Under the pieces are notes generated by a model. That model was not told the DNA's origin. It saw only the letters and a program-made list of their open reading frames with translations, and searched no databases. The position numbers and the translations under genes were made by a program. Shown piece after piece: positions 22,648-35,795 of a stretch of DNA of 64,000 bases (its first letter is position 1; each line of letters begins with the position of its first letter). This stretch comes from Styela clava (Eukaryota). The stretch covers positions 15,996,001-16,060,000 of the forward strand of contig NC_135257.1 of NCBI RefSeq assembly GCF_964204865.1, written 5' to 3'.

Positions 22648-24933
22648 ATTGTATGATATTTCTACCGCATACACAGAAACAGAGCACATTGTTCCAAATA
22701 TACGTGCAAACTTTGATAGAATACTGTGTTGCACTTTTGAGTATGCATGATAAGAATGCGTTTTGATCAAAAGCAAGGCTGTGTTGTTGGTATGAGCCTT
22801 TCAAGATGACATGCTTGCTTTTTATTTGCTGTTGCTATATATTTTGTATTAAGTTTATATATAATGTAGAGGAAATCAATATCTATTTGATTTGAACGTT
22901 TTATGAAAATTATGTGCAGGTAATAAGTTATGGAGTCTTATTATAGCCTTTGCTGCAAGAAAACTGAAAAAAATCAGCATAATTAACCCGAAACACATTT
23001 TGGACATGCCTACTTACCTAGTTTTCATAAGATGAATTTCTGCTGTTTTCATTACTTTTGTTTCGTAGCCTCGAACTGTTTCAATGATGCTAATCTTAAC
23101 GCATCTTTGTCTTGAGTGTTATCCGGATTGTTGTTCAACATATGATTAGGCAGTTTGTTCTCCAATGGTATAAATATAATAATTCTTATAGACTTTTGCT
23201 AAATATATTACAAACTGAACATGCGTGTAATTGGACATATATGGAAGCGTTTGCATTAGATATGAGCATGTGTTTTGCTATATCTTCACTCATCATTCGT
23301 TCAATGGAAATTTAAATGAATTTATTCCTAAACGTATGACTCAAGATATCAAGCCTGGAGTATTTGATAGAATTTTTAATTTTTTCATTTGTTTTGAATC
23401 AATGTCAAATGTGTTGCTTGTAGATTTATATGTTTTTATATGTAGGACTGTATTGTTATTTAATAAATATTGATCATTGTGTGATATTAATGACCATTAC
23501 AACCATTACAATTCAAGAATCTGCTTCAATAGAAGTGGTCTGAAAATGTCGTTGGATACTTCTCCCCCATCTTGTCCCAATTACTAAATTAGTTAAACTG
23601 TAAAGCATATACCAAAGGTTTAGGAGATGGATAACAATAAGACTTAGTTTTCGATGTGCTAACGGCACAGGGCGTATATTGCAGATAAAATTTGAAAAAC
23701 TGTTTTGAGATATTTTGAAGGATTTTTCAATTGTTTGATGTTTACGGAAAAATGTTTTATTGCCGATAGCATGATTCGTACTTTTTTTGTTAATGTATAA
23801 CTTATCACGATCTGTATGCATCGGCATAAAGGAGCCTTGTTTTTTTCCCAACATTTTTATAGTTCATTCGCCTGTTTAGAAGAGCTTTGCACACCCTTGG
23901 TCTGGAGGATGCCGCTGGAGTTCACGGAGGCCGGAAAATATCAGTACAGTAGTAGCAAGTATATTATGGCGTCCACTTTTATGTAATGTGCCAATGGCAT
24001 TTAAATGTTTACAATATATCCGTAAATGACTACAAACCGGCCACTGTCGTTTATCATCATCTGCACAAGATTGATTGTCGAAACCATGTTTTTTTCGGCG
24101 CTCGATTGAAAAACAAAACCTTTGAACCATTATTAATTTATTGTTGCATCGCGTGTGAGGAGTGAGAACCCCATGTGTCTTGTAGTGCGTAGGTAGGTAC
24201 CGCATGTCTGTATATCAGATAGATATTGACTTTTATTTCGTAATCATTGCCTTCATGAAGTTTATTTGTACAGACAACAGACATACGAAACGGTGGCTAA
24301 ACTGAAGGTTGGCGAGGCATTCTGAGAGCAATTGGGTTTTGTCGCGATTCTTAAGTAACGAAGCCTGGCAGTCGGGGCAAGACAAAATATTTTGTCCACT
24401 GTTACAAGAGCGCTTACCTGAACGAATACCGGTACCGGTATGTCAGGTCTGCATGTCGATCCCCTGGTGAGTTGTCAACTCTGTTTACTGGTTTTTACAA
24501 GTGTGGTGTCACTGTTTGGTGTCGATCGAATACGACGAATAGTAGCGTGTTTCATAGTTAAGCAGTTTGTTTCCTTCTTATTGAAAAATGCAACCGGACA
24601 CTAGAAAACAGCAAAATTAACAATTTAAAATATCCACTAATTTTAAAAATGATATAGGTACGAATACGAGTATGAGTTTAAAATGATAAATAATAATTTA
24701 GTGAATATAGAATTCAAAATTAATTTTGATTAACGTTTACTACTGTCAGACTGTAGGGTAGTCTACTAGGTTCAGGTCAGGCAGACAGGAGTATCCCCAT
24801 AATTCCACATAACTGCAATGATCAGTTTGTACCGTATATAGGATATTTCTGATATAAGGTTAAAAAAATTGTTGCTTGAATCTTAGAGTCTGATAGTAGG
24901 TAGGCCTACCTGTATTATATAGTCTAGTAAATC

Positions 24934-27529
24934 ATGGACTTGTTGTACCTTCCAAGTGAAGATTTGAAAGAACATGGATATTCCAATTTATTGAAAGAGG
25001 TTCAACAGTTAGGTTGGTTTGGCCCTATCACTTTTTCAAAAGGAATTTATTACCCGGAAAAATATAAACATAAGATTGATCGAACTCCTCAAGATATTTG
25101 GAAAGGGGTTCTTGATGCCGACCGTGTACAGTGGATTGCATCAAACATTGCAAGAGAGGAAGAAAAAGATAAGGGAGAGATTCTGAAAGATGCTTCGAAA
25201 ATTCTTCAAGAAATGGCATACAAGGAACATTTGAATTTGGTTAGATTTTTCGGATTTTCAATGTATCACGTTATGAATACGATTTACCAAGAAGGAATTT
25301 ATTATAACACTGATACACTGGAGGCATTAAAAAAAGCGATTAGAGAACACCCCGTTATTTTAATGCCCAGTCATCGTTGCTATATGGACTTTCTTGTTGT
25401 TTCTGTTCTTTCTGTACATTTAGGATTGCCGCTTCCCGCAATCGCGTCAGGCATGGACTTCATGACAATGAAAGGGGTTGGTTTTCTTCTTCGATCAAGT
25501 GGTGCATTTTTCATGCGACGTTCTTTTGGAACAGATAGATTATATTGGGCTCTTTTTACGGAATATGTTCACAGTTTGATTATAAATGGCGATCGTACCA
25601 TTGAATTTTTCATTGAAGGTACAAGAAGTAGATCTGGAAAGTCCTTGAATCCAAAATTGGGTCTGTTCTCTGTTGTTGCTGAGCCATATTTGAAAGCTCA
25701 AATATATGACATCATGATTGTTCCTGTTAGCATTTCTTATGATAGAATCCTGGAAGAGTCTTTATATGCATATGAGCTACTTGGTGTGCCAAAACCTAAG
25801 GAATCAACATCAGGCCTATTTAAAGCAACTGGAGTTCTGCAACAAAACTACGGAAGTTTACACGTTCATTTTTCTGAGCCAATTTCAATCAGAAAAGAGT
25901 GCTGTCACATGGATCGTGCAATACATTCATGTTATCCTCGATACATGCTACGTTTAACTTCAGCAGAACAAAGTTATCTTAATGATCTTGCATTCAAAGT
26001 CATTCAAATTCAGCAGAAAAATATGGTTATCAGTGTTTGGTCATTGATCGCAACCGTTCTTATTCATAGTCTTGGAGGGTTAAAGTTCATCGATTTAATA
26101 AAACAGATTCAATGGCTTCTGGATTTACTTCGTAGATGTAATGTCAAAGTCAGAGTTCAAAGTGGAAACTTAGAAGACGTTGTTAAGCATGTTTTGTTCC
26201 AGTACAACCATCTTGTAAAAGTAGATTCCAAAAACGCTGAGGAAGCAACTGTGAGAATTAAACAAGATGAAAAACCAATCTCTACACGATCTTCAAAAAA
26301 GCTGGTTATATTGCAACCTGTGGTTCGTGACAGAGCAGCAATTCACATTATTGTTGCAAGTTATAGAAATCAACTCATTCATGTTTTTGTAAAACCAGCC
26401 TTGGTAGCAATAGATCTTCAAATTAAACATGGGCTACTTGAATGTGACACAGAACAATTTGATATCCATTTTGCTGACGTTTCGAATGAATTTCAATTTA
26501 TGAGGGAAATGTTTTATAAGGAGTTTATATTTGCACCAAATCAGTTAAATACTGATTACAAAGAAGGGTTAAATTTTCTTTGTCATTCCGGAGCATTAGA
26601 GAAAAATGGCAGTGTCTTGAGATATCACTCCAGAGGAAAAAACGTTATAACGTTTCTCATGGATTTGTTGCGTCCTTTCTTGACCTGTTATAAACTTATA
26701 TGTGACTATGCTTCACAATTCCATCATGCTCGTGAGCTGAAAGAATTTTGTAATCTTGTTCAGCTTTGGATGGCAGAAAGTATTGAAGATAATCAAGTGA
26801 TGCTCGAGATTTTATCCAAGGATATGATCAACAATGGCGTGCATGGCATAGAGAAGACTGGGGCACTGAGAATAAGCAAGGTTCGCTTTTGGTTTTCGTT
26901 TAAATATATGCTGTTTTCGAAACAAATGATTTTCTCTTTCATTTTGTGTGACAATTAATAGAACATTAATTTAAAAACTTAATTTGACCCACTAGTAGCA
27001 CTGGTATATGGATTATTTTTTGGCAAAAACTGAGCTTCCATTGCTAATATGAATATACCTTTGTTAAACATTGGAAGTTATCCCTCAAATGGAACGGTTT
27101 GCCTGTGTTTAGTTGTTTTCATTTGAAAATATTTGACTGGTACAATCCTAATAAAGAGTTACTCTTGTTTTCATTAGTAACAAAGCTCCAAAACACCCTT
27201 TTAGAAAAAAAAGCACTCTTTTAGGTAAAGTAGGCAGCTCTCAAATCTGGCCATAGATATTATGACGTGGCTCCGATATATTATGAAGCTAAAATGTATT
27301 GAATTAACATTGGTTGACATATATATTAGGGGAAAAATTGCTTAACATTGTCTTACAGTTCACTTTACTAGCTTCAATATGCATATGTTTAACACAGAAA
27401 GCCGGCGAGCATATTGTTCATGTGAGAAGAAGGAAGGCCCAATCAATCAGTAAAAAACTTGAATGTCTGAGAGAAGGAAAACATGATGTACAATCTTTGC
27501 AGACAATCAGTAGCCAATCAAAATTATGA
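24934..27529 (+). CDS. GNPAT: Dihydroxyacetone phosphate acyltransferase (peroxisomal), 2 coding exons
   Basis: Exon 24934-26880 (donor AAG|gttcgc) plus 27398-27529. Acyltransferase motifs PSHRCYMD, SGAFFMRRSF, FFIEGTRSRS, ELLGVPKPKESTSGL. Ends in the PTS1 tripeptide SKL. Confidence 0.95.
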
Positions 27530-28273
27530 TTTTTCTTATTTCTAATGATTATGCTGTTATATTAATTGAACTTTTTATTGAATTGAAATTGAACTTTCAA
27601 AATCAAGTTCTATGCAAAATAACTATTTTATTAATGCAGATTACTTTCTTCGATTTTTGTTAGTAGTTTGACTTAGGCTTGTTAATTTTGTCCACTGATT
27701 TGTACTGTTATATGTTTTGTTAGTCAACTTTTGTTTCCTATTATTGACTTTATCGTGAGCTAATATCTGTATTTGCATCAAATTTTAATTCAGGAGTATT
27801 CAACCTGTATTCTCTCATTTACTCTTTACAAGTTTCAAATGTAAAATTTACCCCTGATCTTTTATTTTATTTTCACTTTTACAAATACCTATGATGGCTC
27901 ATTGGACGAAAATGGTTTGGTAAAGTAATTTCAATGTAGAATTGTGATTGTCTAAGTTCGGTGGTTTTGAGTTCACACAACTACAGTTTAAGCACCAGTA
28001 GTGAACTCCTGCTCTAGGGACAATATCCTAATCAGACTTTTTTTTTTCATTCACACCTTCCGCTAAGGCATAATTCCATAGCCTTTATTATATATAGATT
28101 GAGTTATATTTGCTTCTATAATCGTATTTGTAGTGCACACTTATGCTCCCTAATAATTACTTATATTTTCTTAATCACAGATATAATCATAATAGCGATA
28201 GCCTATCCTAAAATTGTTGGTATAATTCACTGTTTTGTGGAAGCACTGTTCAAGTTTTCCGTTCTGTCTTCAA

Positions 28274-29322
28274 ATGGCAAGCAAACAATCTTCATCAGGT
28301 GACCTAAAATTTACTTTAATATAAGAAAGCAAATATTATGAAGTGCTTGATGTATGTATTACAGTTTTCCCTCATTGGTGTAGATAACATGGAGTAAATA
28401 AACTATAGCGAAGGAAAATTTGGAATTTGTTGTAATTGCTGGCTCTTTTAGGTTCTGGTGGTTCAGGGCAACAAATGTTTGTTCGTCAAAGTCCAGTTCC
28501 TCAGAGCAAATATGCCGATTTACTGGCTGTCATTGAAGAACTAGGAAAGGATATCAAGCCAACATATGCTGGAAGTAGAAGTGCGACTGAGAGATTGAAA
28601 AGAGGTAGATAATTAGAGCATAATTAGAAATATCTGTGTTATTCAAGGTTTTCTAAACTCACCTTCGAGAATGGGTACAATTCATATTTATTTGAAGAAG
28701 ACTATATTACCAATAATCATGTGTATGCTCCACTTGGGTAGCATTCCTTAAACCCAGTTCACTGACATGACTCAAATCACTTAGTAGTAGGGGTGTGCAG
28801 CAGGTTATATGGCCCACGCGCCACCAACAAAACATGTTGGACACCCCTGACTTAGAAGAGTCCTAATACCTCAGCAAGCCTATATTCAGGCCTCATAAAC
28901 TCTGGCATGAGCCACGCCCACACTTGTTTCGAAGGAATCCAGCAGTAGTTCCCTGAGACCAAACTATTGTGCTCCATAATTACTAATGTCCAATGCTAAT
29001 AATGCAAGTTGTGACAAATTAGGTCGGTTTAGCCAAGTCGTAACCAGGGACTATATGTCATACGATGGACTGATTGTGATATGAGCACATTTTCAAAATA
29101 GATTGGTTGTTGTGTATTGGACACTTGGTCAAGTGTCGCATGTAATCAATAAGATAAACGTTCTGCCTGCAGTTTTTCACTTTGGGAAGACTGTGCCAGT
29201 GCATGGAAGCAATTTTAAAGCCTTTAAAATATAAACTTAAAAATCAAATAACAGGTATTCTTCATGCTCGTGCACTAGTTCGTGAATGCTTGATAGAGAC
29301 TGAAAGAAGTGCAAGATCATGA
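28274..29322 (+). CDS. CDK2AP1: CDK2-associated protein 1/2 (DOC-1 family), 3 exons; missed by the ORF track
   Basis: Exons 28274-28298 (MASKQSSS; start less certain), 28452-28604, 29255-29322. Encodes [55 protein letters not shown]. Confidence 0.92.
28788..28849. mobile_element. Minimal (about 62 bp) hAT remnant in a CDK2AP1 intron
   Basis: TAGGGGTGTGCAGC / GTTGGACACCCCTG ends, flanked by ACTTAGTA and ACTTAGAA. Confidence 0.5.
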
Positions 29323-29802
29323 TGGCAAATATTTGACTAACCTTCAAGGGTTGATGAAAGGAGATTGCTCAATCTAAGATCTACTCTTGCAATATTTATT
29401 TGTTGTTACTTACACATTGCATTTTGTATATCTTTTTTTAAATTTTACCATATGTTGGAAACATGTCCAAGTCTGATAAGATAAAGTTGTTGTTATCAGC
29501 CAGGAAGGGGAATTTTCAACTTTTAGAATCATTTTAATGACACTGCCACGAATCTTGACTTGAAATATTGAAATGTTGAAATATCTAATTAAATCGCAAA
29601 TAAAAATCATTGTATTGGTAATACCCCTTATGGGTTACTATTTGGGAGCAGAGATTGGAAAGTTTAGTGGAAAATCTAGTAACTATCACTGTGATATTCG
29701 ATTTGTATTTCATGTACCCTGATTTTTGAATTTATAGGGTATTGTTGGCCCTGTCTGCGTGTCTGCACTCCCGTGTTATTTAACCCATGTTCAATAGAAT
29801 CA

Positions 29803-30188
29803 TTTTAACGGTATTGAAACTAAATGCTACTCAAACGTTTAATGGACTGACGCTTTTTAACAGTTTTGGAAGTTATGGTGAAATGCTATTTAAACATTAA
29901 ACGACTGACGCTTTTTAACAGTATTGAAGTTACGATGAAAACGTTTAACGACTGACACTTTTAACAGTATTTGGGTTACGGTGACGCTCATAAACATCAT
30001 TGAGATTAGAATGTAATGTCATTTAAACGTTTGACAACCGACACTTTCTAACAGTATTGAAGTTACGTTTAAATGCTGAATAAACGTTAAACGATTGATG
30101 CTTTTTAGCATATTTACGTTGAAATGCAATTTAAACGTTCAATGAATGATGCTTTTTAACAGTATTCAAGTTATGGTGAAATGCTATT
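29803..30188. repeat. Degenerate minisatellite of about 57 bp (left part)
   Basis: Repeated TTTAACAGTATTGAAGTTACGGTGAAATGCTATTTAAACGTTTAACGACTGACGCTT-like units. Confidence 0.85.
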
Positions 30189-32657
30189 AGATAGTTTATT
30201 TCGAAAACTCCATAACAAACCTAAATTTAAAATGGAGAATTCTGGAGGGCAAGCAAAACCTACAAAAAAGTTTAAAACATGAAGTATCTCATGTGCCTGC
30301 CCACCAGCACGCACACAAAAACACAAGCCCAATTAAATGAGGCTTGGGCCAAACTTAAAAAACAAAATACACGATAGTAATAAACTTTCGGGCTGTTGTA
30401 CTCTCTTTCAACAATTACGTTGATAATGACCAATACCTACAACCTCATGCAAAGATAATGTGGGGAGTGGAATGTAATAAATTTGCGACGATAGTCATAC
30501 TCATGAAGCCATGAAAGCTTTTAAGAAAAACCAAGCCATGAAAAACTATTTAGGGAACATTTGTATTTTAAACAGTTCATATTTTTAGGGAACATTTGAA
30601 TTTTTGCTATTATTTCTGTATTGCTGTTGTTTCTGATCTGATCTTATGAAGAAGACATACTCCTGGTACCGAATACATATATTGCAATTGTATATTTGCA
30701 AATACAAAGAACAGTTCCAAGTCATGACTGATAAGTCACATAAAATCAAAGTTTCACTGCAAGCCCGAGTTCGTTAATTACTTGTCCATCGTTATCCTTT
30801 CTTTTCTCTCCTAACGATTGGTCGCTTTTATGCTGGTTTTGGTGTCCTTAGGGCATGACGCGTTATCGTCATCGTACCTTACAGGACGTCTAATTGTTAC
30901 GTATTTTATGACTGAGAGATTGCTTCTAATTTTAAGATTAGTATGACTTTAAGTCTAAACACGTAACTTAACCAAAAGCAGCAAAATTACCCAATATCCT
31001 ATACTATGCACCTACTTTAGCTGCGGAGCAGTGGCCAAGCTTGGGCGTGCAGTGAAAATATATACATAAGAAAGTTGAAATTATGATTATGAGACAGAAT
31101 GTGTGTGTGTTATACAGTGTATGGAAAGAAAAAGATTTGGCGTTGGTTTAATTTTATAATTTAGGTGACAGATTACTACCAATGCTTAGCTTTAATACAC
31201 TTCGTTTCACAATAATAAATTTTGAAGCGCTGAAAAAAATAAAAAATACGCGTGTTGCGTTGATAAGCTTTTCCGGCTATAATTGTGATGAGCCAAATAC
31301 ATCCTGAAGCGCTGATTCGAAATACGATCGTATATGAAATCATATTTTGAAAAAAATGTTAAAGTCAACGTAAAGTATATTTAAAGAAAACGAATGCTAA
31401 TATCTGCCAAAATCGAATAAATTAAATATTTTTGAGTAAACCTCGTTGGGTTTAATACCAAATATAGAACGCCTTAAAGATTAGAAAGAAGGAAACGTGA
31501 AATACCTGTGAAGAAGAAGAATGTCTGTCCATTTTGTACACGAAATTGAAATATTTATAGTACAATATAAAATGCTACAATCGCGCGGTTTCTTGAAGTT
31601 GGTTCGCGGGCGTTTCTTTCTGAAGTCTTTCGTTTCATATCTTTCTCATTTGTTTTTGTAGTCAAGAGTTCTGACTAGTTTTTGATTTTACAGTTTTTTT
31701 CTGGTGTAAAACAGTTCATATAGTATGAATGTTTTACACATATTTTTATAACAGTCCATAGTTCATATAATGTGAATCTCATACACATTTTAAATCTAAC
31801 AGTCTTTTTCTTTTTGTCAGAGTCTTTGGTATTTCGCTTGTAATTCCTTGATTTTTCATACTGTCTGAATCTTGATTTGGTTGTTGTTTTTCATTTTCCT
31901 TGATCTTTTTATTTTCGGCTTGCTTGTGGAGTTGATGTCTTTGGGGTCACCTTTAGTTCTAACGGTTTCTTTTCAGACTCCATCTCAGAAAGGCGCTGGT
32001 TCGTCTGTCGGGGATACCATTTGCTAAATTAGGCATTGCGGAAAAGGTGATAAGTGGTTTAATATACAAACAAACGCAAAACCATGGCGGCAAATTCGGT
32101 GTGCGGACACTCAAAAAAGCAATTATTAGGAAAAACACTAATCACACGTGAGCAGGTCTGTAGCCTAATTGATACATTGACGTGGCCAACATTGTTAAAA
32201 CAGTACCGGTATACACACAGAGAGAACAAATCAAAAATATGCCACTAAATGAATGTTTAAAAATGTTACACTGTAAGTTACACTGCAAACTATTTACACA
32301 TATATAGTTGAATACTCAGTATTCAAGCGGAATTTCTAGAAATAGCAGTATATCATACTCTTTGTCACAAAATAAAATATCTGAATCAATCCCTGTTGTA
32401 TTCATCTTTCGATTCTGTTATGATGTCCGTATGTTGCCTTTATGCTGCCATGTAATTTCATATTTCGGCCTTTACTTGTTGATATTCCTAAGTGCTGGTT
32501 CATTGTTGTCAATCTAATCTTTCTGCGCCGTTCAAAAATGCGACCGCACCCGACGACTGCCAAACACAAACTTTAAATCTAATCTTTTATCCATAAACTT
32601 CTTTAATTCCGGTGGATGGGCCTTGATCATGTTGATATCACGAGATACAAATCTAAT

Positions 32658-32765
32658 CTATTCAAACGTTAAACGACTGACGCTCATAAACATCATTGAA
32701 ATTAGAATGTAACGCCATTTAAACGTTTGACAACCGACACTTTTAAACGTTTGACAACCAACACA
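32658..32765. repeat. Continuation of the 57-bp minisatellite after a 2.5-kb insert
   Basis: tgacgctcataaacatcattga.attagaatgtaa..catttaaacgtttgacaaccgacac matches about 29982-30043. Confidence 0.8.
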
Positions 32766-32811
32766 ACGTGAAAAATGATTAAATGCAACTCAGTGATATA
32801 AATTCATCTAC

Positions 32812-32951
32812 AGAGAGAGAGAGAGATTTATTTTCGTCAACCAGAAAAAACAACAACACTGAAACAATAGCAACAATAAAAATGTATAGATTTTCGGTAT
32901 AGACTGGGAGGAGCGATACGACCATACGGTCATCAGAGTCAGCTCCCCCCA
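32812..32951 (-). mobile_element. Probable LINE/SINE 3'-end remnant
   Basis: Minus strand has a hairpin (GGAGC..GACCGTATGGTC..GCTCC), AATAAA and a (CT)n tail. Confidence 0.4.
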
Positions 32952-34923
32952 TATTCACTATTTTAATTATGCATATAAGAATTCTTGGGTTAGTATATGG
33001 TATAAAAGAGAATGGATAAGGTTGTCTGGTTTTCTACAATATATATAGTTTAGGTTTGGCTATATAATTGTTTTACCAAGTTACATGATAAAAAAAAGGC
33101 CCACAAAAAGTTTTTTTTTTTCTATTACAGAAGAAATACAGAAATAATACAGAAAATAATGACATCCTAATTAGATATCTAATATTGAGTTAGGTGGAAT
33201 TTTTGTTCAACATGCCAGCTGATAACAAATCATGGGATATGTGCATTGGAGCTTGGAAGGAGCAGCGGTGTTGAAAACAGTTACAGAAAAGATTTGGAGA
33301 AGATTGAGAACCACTTCTGAAAATCATGATCATGAAAATTGGTCACGTCTGGGAAAATTTCACTTAGCAACTTATGCAAAAAATAAATAAAACTTTCACA
33401 TTGTCAACGTCAAGTACATTCAAAAACCTAATGATAAACTTTTATGATGACAATTGGGAGAAAAGCTTTCATTGAAAGGCATGTGTTGGCAAGAAGAAAA
33501 TTTATACACATCTGAGGAATGTTGGACTTGATAATGCGGAAGACTGAGTGCCCCCTATTATATATTCATAGGACATATATTTATAGGGAATGTCATAACT
33601 CGAACTATATCTATGTTTGCTGACTTAATGCTATGAGAAATATTTTTTGCTAATAAAAACTTGAGCCTATGGGTGATGTATACAAGTCAGTCAAATTACT
33701 GTTCGTAGGGTCCGCATTGATAAAAATAGATTTGAGAGGAGTGAATACAGTATATTGATTCAGTATTCATTACCGAATGAGAGCCAAATTGGGCCTAATT
33801 TGCATGATATTTTTGGGAGTATTTCTCATGCCCAAAAACTTTTATAGAGGTTCAAGATGATACCTTAGAAAGAAACCAGCATACCGGTCAGACTAGCTCT
33901 GATAATACACGTGAGAAACGCCATTGAAAATTCGACTATGGACATTTCTGTGGTGCTCTCTTTCTCTTGGTGCTCTAAGCACGTGCTGATTTTGCTTAAT
34001 CGGTAATCTAGCCCTGATCCTATCCTGTGTTGAAACAATTCACATGGTAGGACACCGATTTATTGCCGCCACACAAAATTTGTTAAGTATAGCAAGAAAA
34101 TACAAATATTTCGAATATGGTATTTATTTCGACCGAGCGGGGGACGCGAGCGGGGTCATAACTAATTCAACCGATCACCGGATGTCGCATGGGATTTGAG
34201 CATTGTTTTCTGAATAACTATGATTTTAGTACAGATGTCAGGTATATCCAACGACTAACATACCGGGTATATCTAAAAGCGATTGGGGGATTAAAGGGAC
34301 TGTATTCACTTTGATATCGATTCTATAATGTGAAAACAAAGCGAATGACTAGAAGAAGAGAGTGTTAATAAGTGAGAACAAGTAAGTCAGCAACTTGATT
34401 CAATGTTTGAATCAGATAAATACCGTAGTGCATGTAGTGCGCGAAGAGAGGCTTTATTTTGATTTTCTGTTGCAGCAAAACAACTGAATAAAGCAGGAAA
34501 GAGACAATATCGTAGTGACTACTGCAATACAAGGCAAAACACGAAAAGTATTGTAGCCTTCCGTATGCGAAAATGTTCATATTATTATGCTGACCAATTA
34601 TACGGTATAAAATATTTTGTTTACAAGCAGTTATGTGGATAGAAACAAAACCAGGAATAAGAAATATGATTTGTGCGTAGCGGTAGTACAGTACCGTAGT
34701 ATATGGAAAAGAACCTGAATTTGTTATTTATTTATGAATTGTGTATATTTTGATTAAGTTTTTGATTTTATTGAAAACCTGAAAACACTGCTAGGTGATT
34801 AAATAATGCCAGAAAAATTATGAAACTTGTGTTTTATTAGACTCTGCTTATTTATTACATTCAAATATTATCCACAAGAAGAGATTTGAATATTGCTGTG
34901 TTTCTGGGTTTTTCACACAATTA

Positions 34924-35277
34924 CAGTGTTTCCCCAAAAATAAGACAGTGTCTTATTTCAATTTTCTTTCGAAAAATACCACTAGGGCTTATTTTCAGGG
35001 GAATGTCTTATAATTTTATTTATCAAAAACAAAACTAGAAAGTACAGAATTAGGAGGGTTTCGCCTATCCATTACTTAAATGACACGTTTTCCTCTCTCA
35101 CACGTTTTAGATTACTCGTTTATAGCGTATGGGAGAGATTTCTTGCTATCGACCAGGTAAAAAAAAATTGCGTTATTGACTAGGTCTTGTTTTAATGGGA
35201 GGGCTTATATTAAAATCATTCCTAAAATTCAGGCTTGGTCTTATTTTCAGGGTAGGATTATTTTACAGGGAAATAGG
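34924..35277. mobile_element. Tc2/pogo-like MITE
   Basis: TA-flanked CAGTGTTTCCCCAAAAATAAGAC end; colinear with 4306-4644 along its length. Confidence 0.8.
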
Positions 35278-35795
35278 TAGTAGGTCTGAAATATAGTTAT
35301 TTAAAAACTTTGGTATATTTGAATCGACTACTCCTGATTACCATGTCAGCATGTAGTAATCAAACAAATTTGAACAGCAATCACTTATAGCTATATAGAC
35401 TCAACATTGAAAAAAGTAGAAAATTGCCCAATTTTGTCAAAGAATTTATTTGAATTGTAAATTTAGTATGTGGGTAGATAAAGTAAATATGTCTAATACA
35501 GTAATATGTTTGATTTTTTCTTTTGTTTAAGAAAATGTGCACCTATACTGGTACCAGTAGTAAAATATGAAACCATGAACAGAATATATTCTTCATCTTA
35601 ATATTATAACAACAGAAATCTACTTTTACTTTGAATATTACGGTACATTATTCATTTAACACAAGACAGAGGGAATTTCAGCCTTCAGGTTTTACTGTTG
35701 TTGAAGGATTTTTTCCGGAATTGTAAAAATTGTCAGACTATTTGATGTCTGACAAGGGGTTTTATCTGCATTAATCGGAAAGAAAGTTTTCAGAA

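Noticed and set aside
24440-24472. ATG...CTG|gtgagt mini-exon (MSGLHVDPL) as a coding first exon
   Set aside because: No acceptor puts it in frame with GNPAT or CDK2AP1; more likely a 5' UTR exon or uORF.
29803-30188. CRISPR-like array
   Set aside because: Degenerate tandem units without unique spacers, no cas genes, eukaryotic context.
33200-33550. Possible decayed LINE RT C-terminus (IGHVW-like)
   Set aside because: Too degraded to support without a database search.
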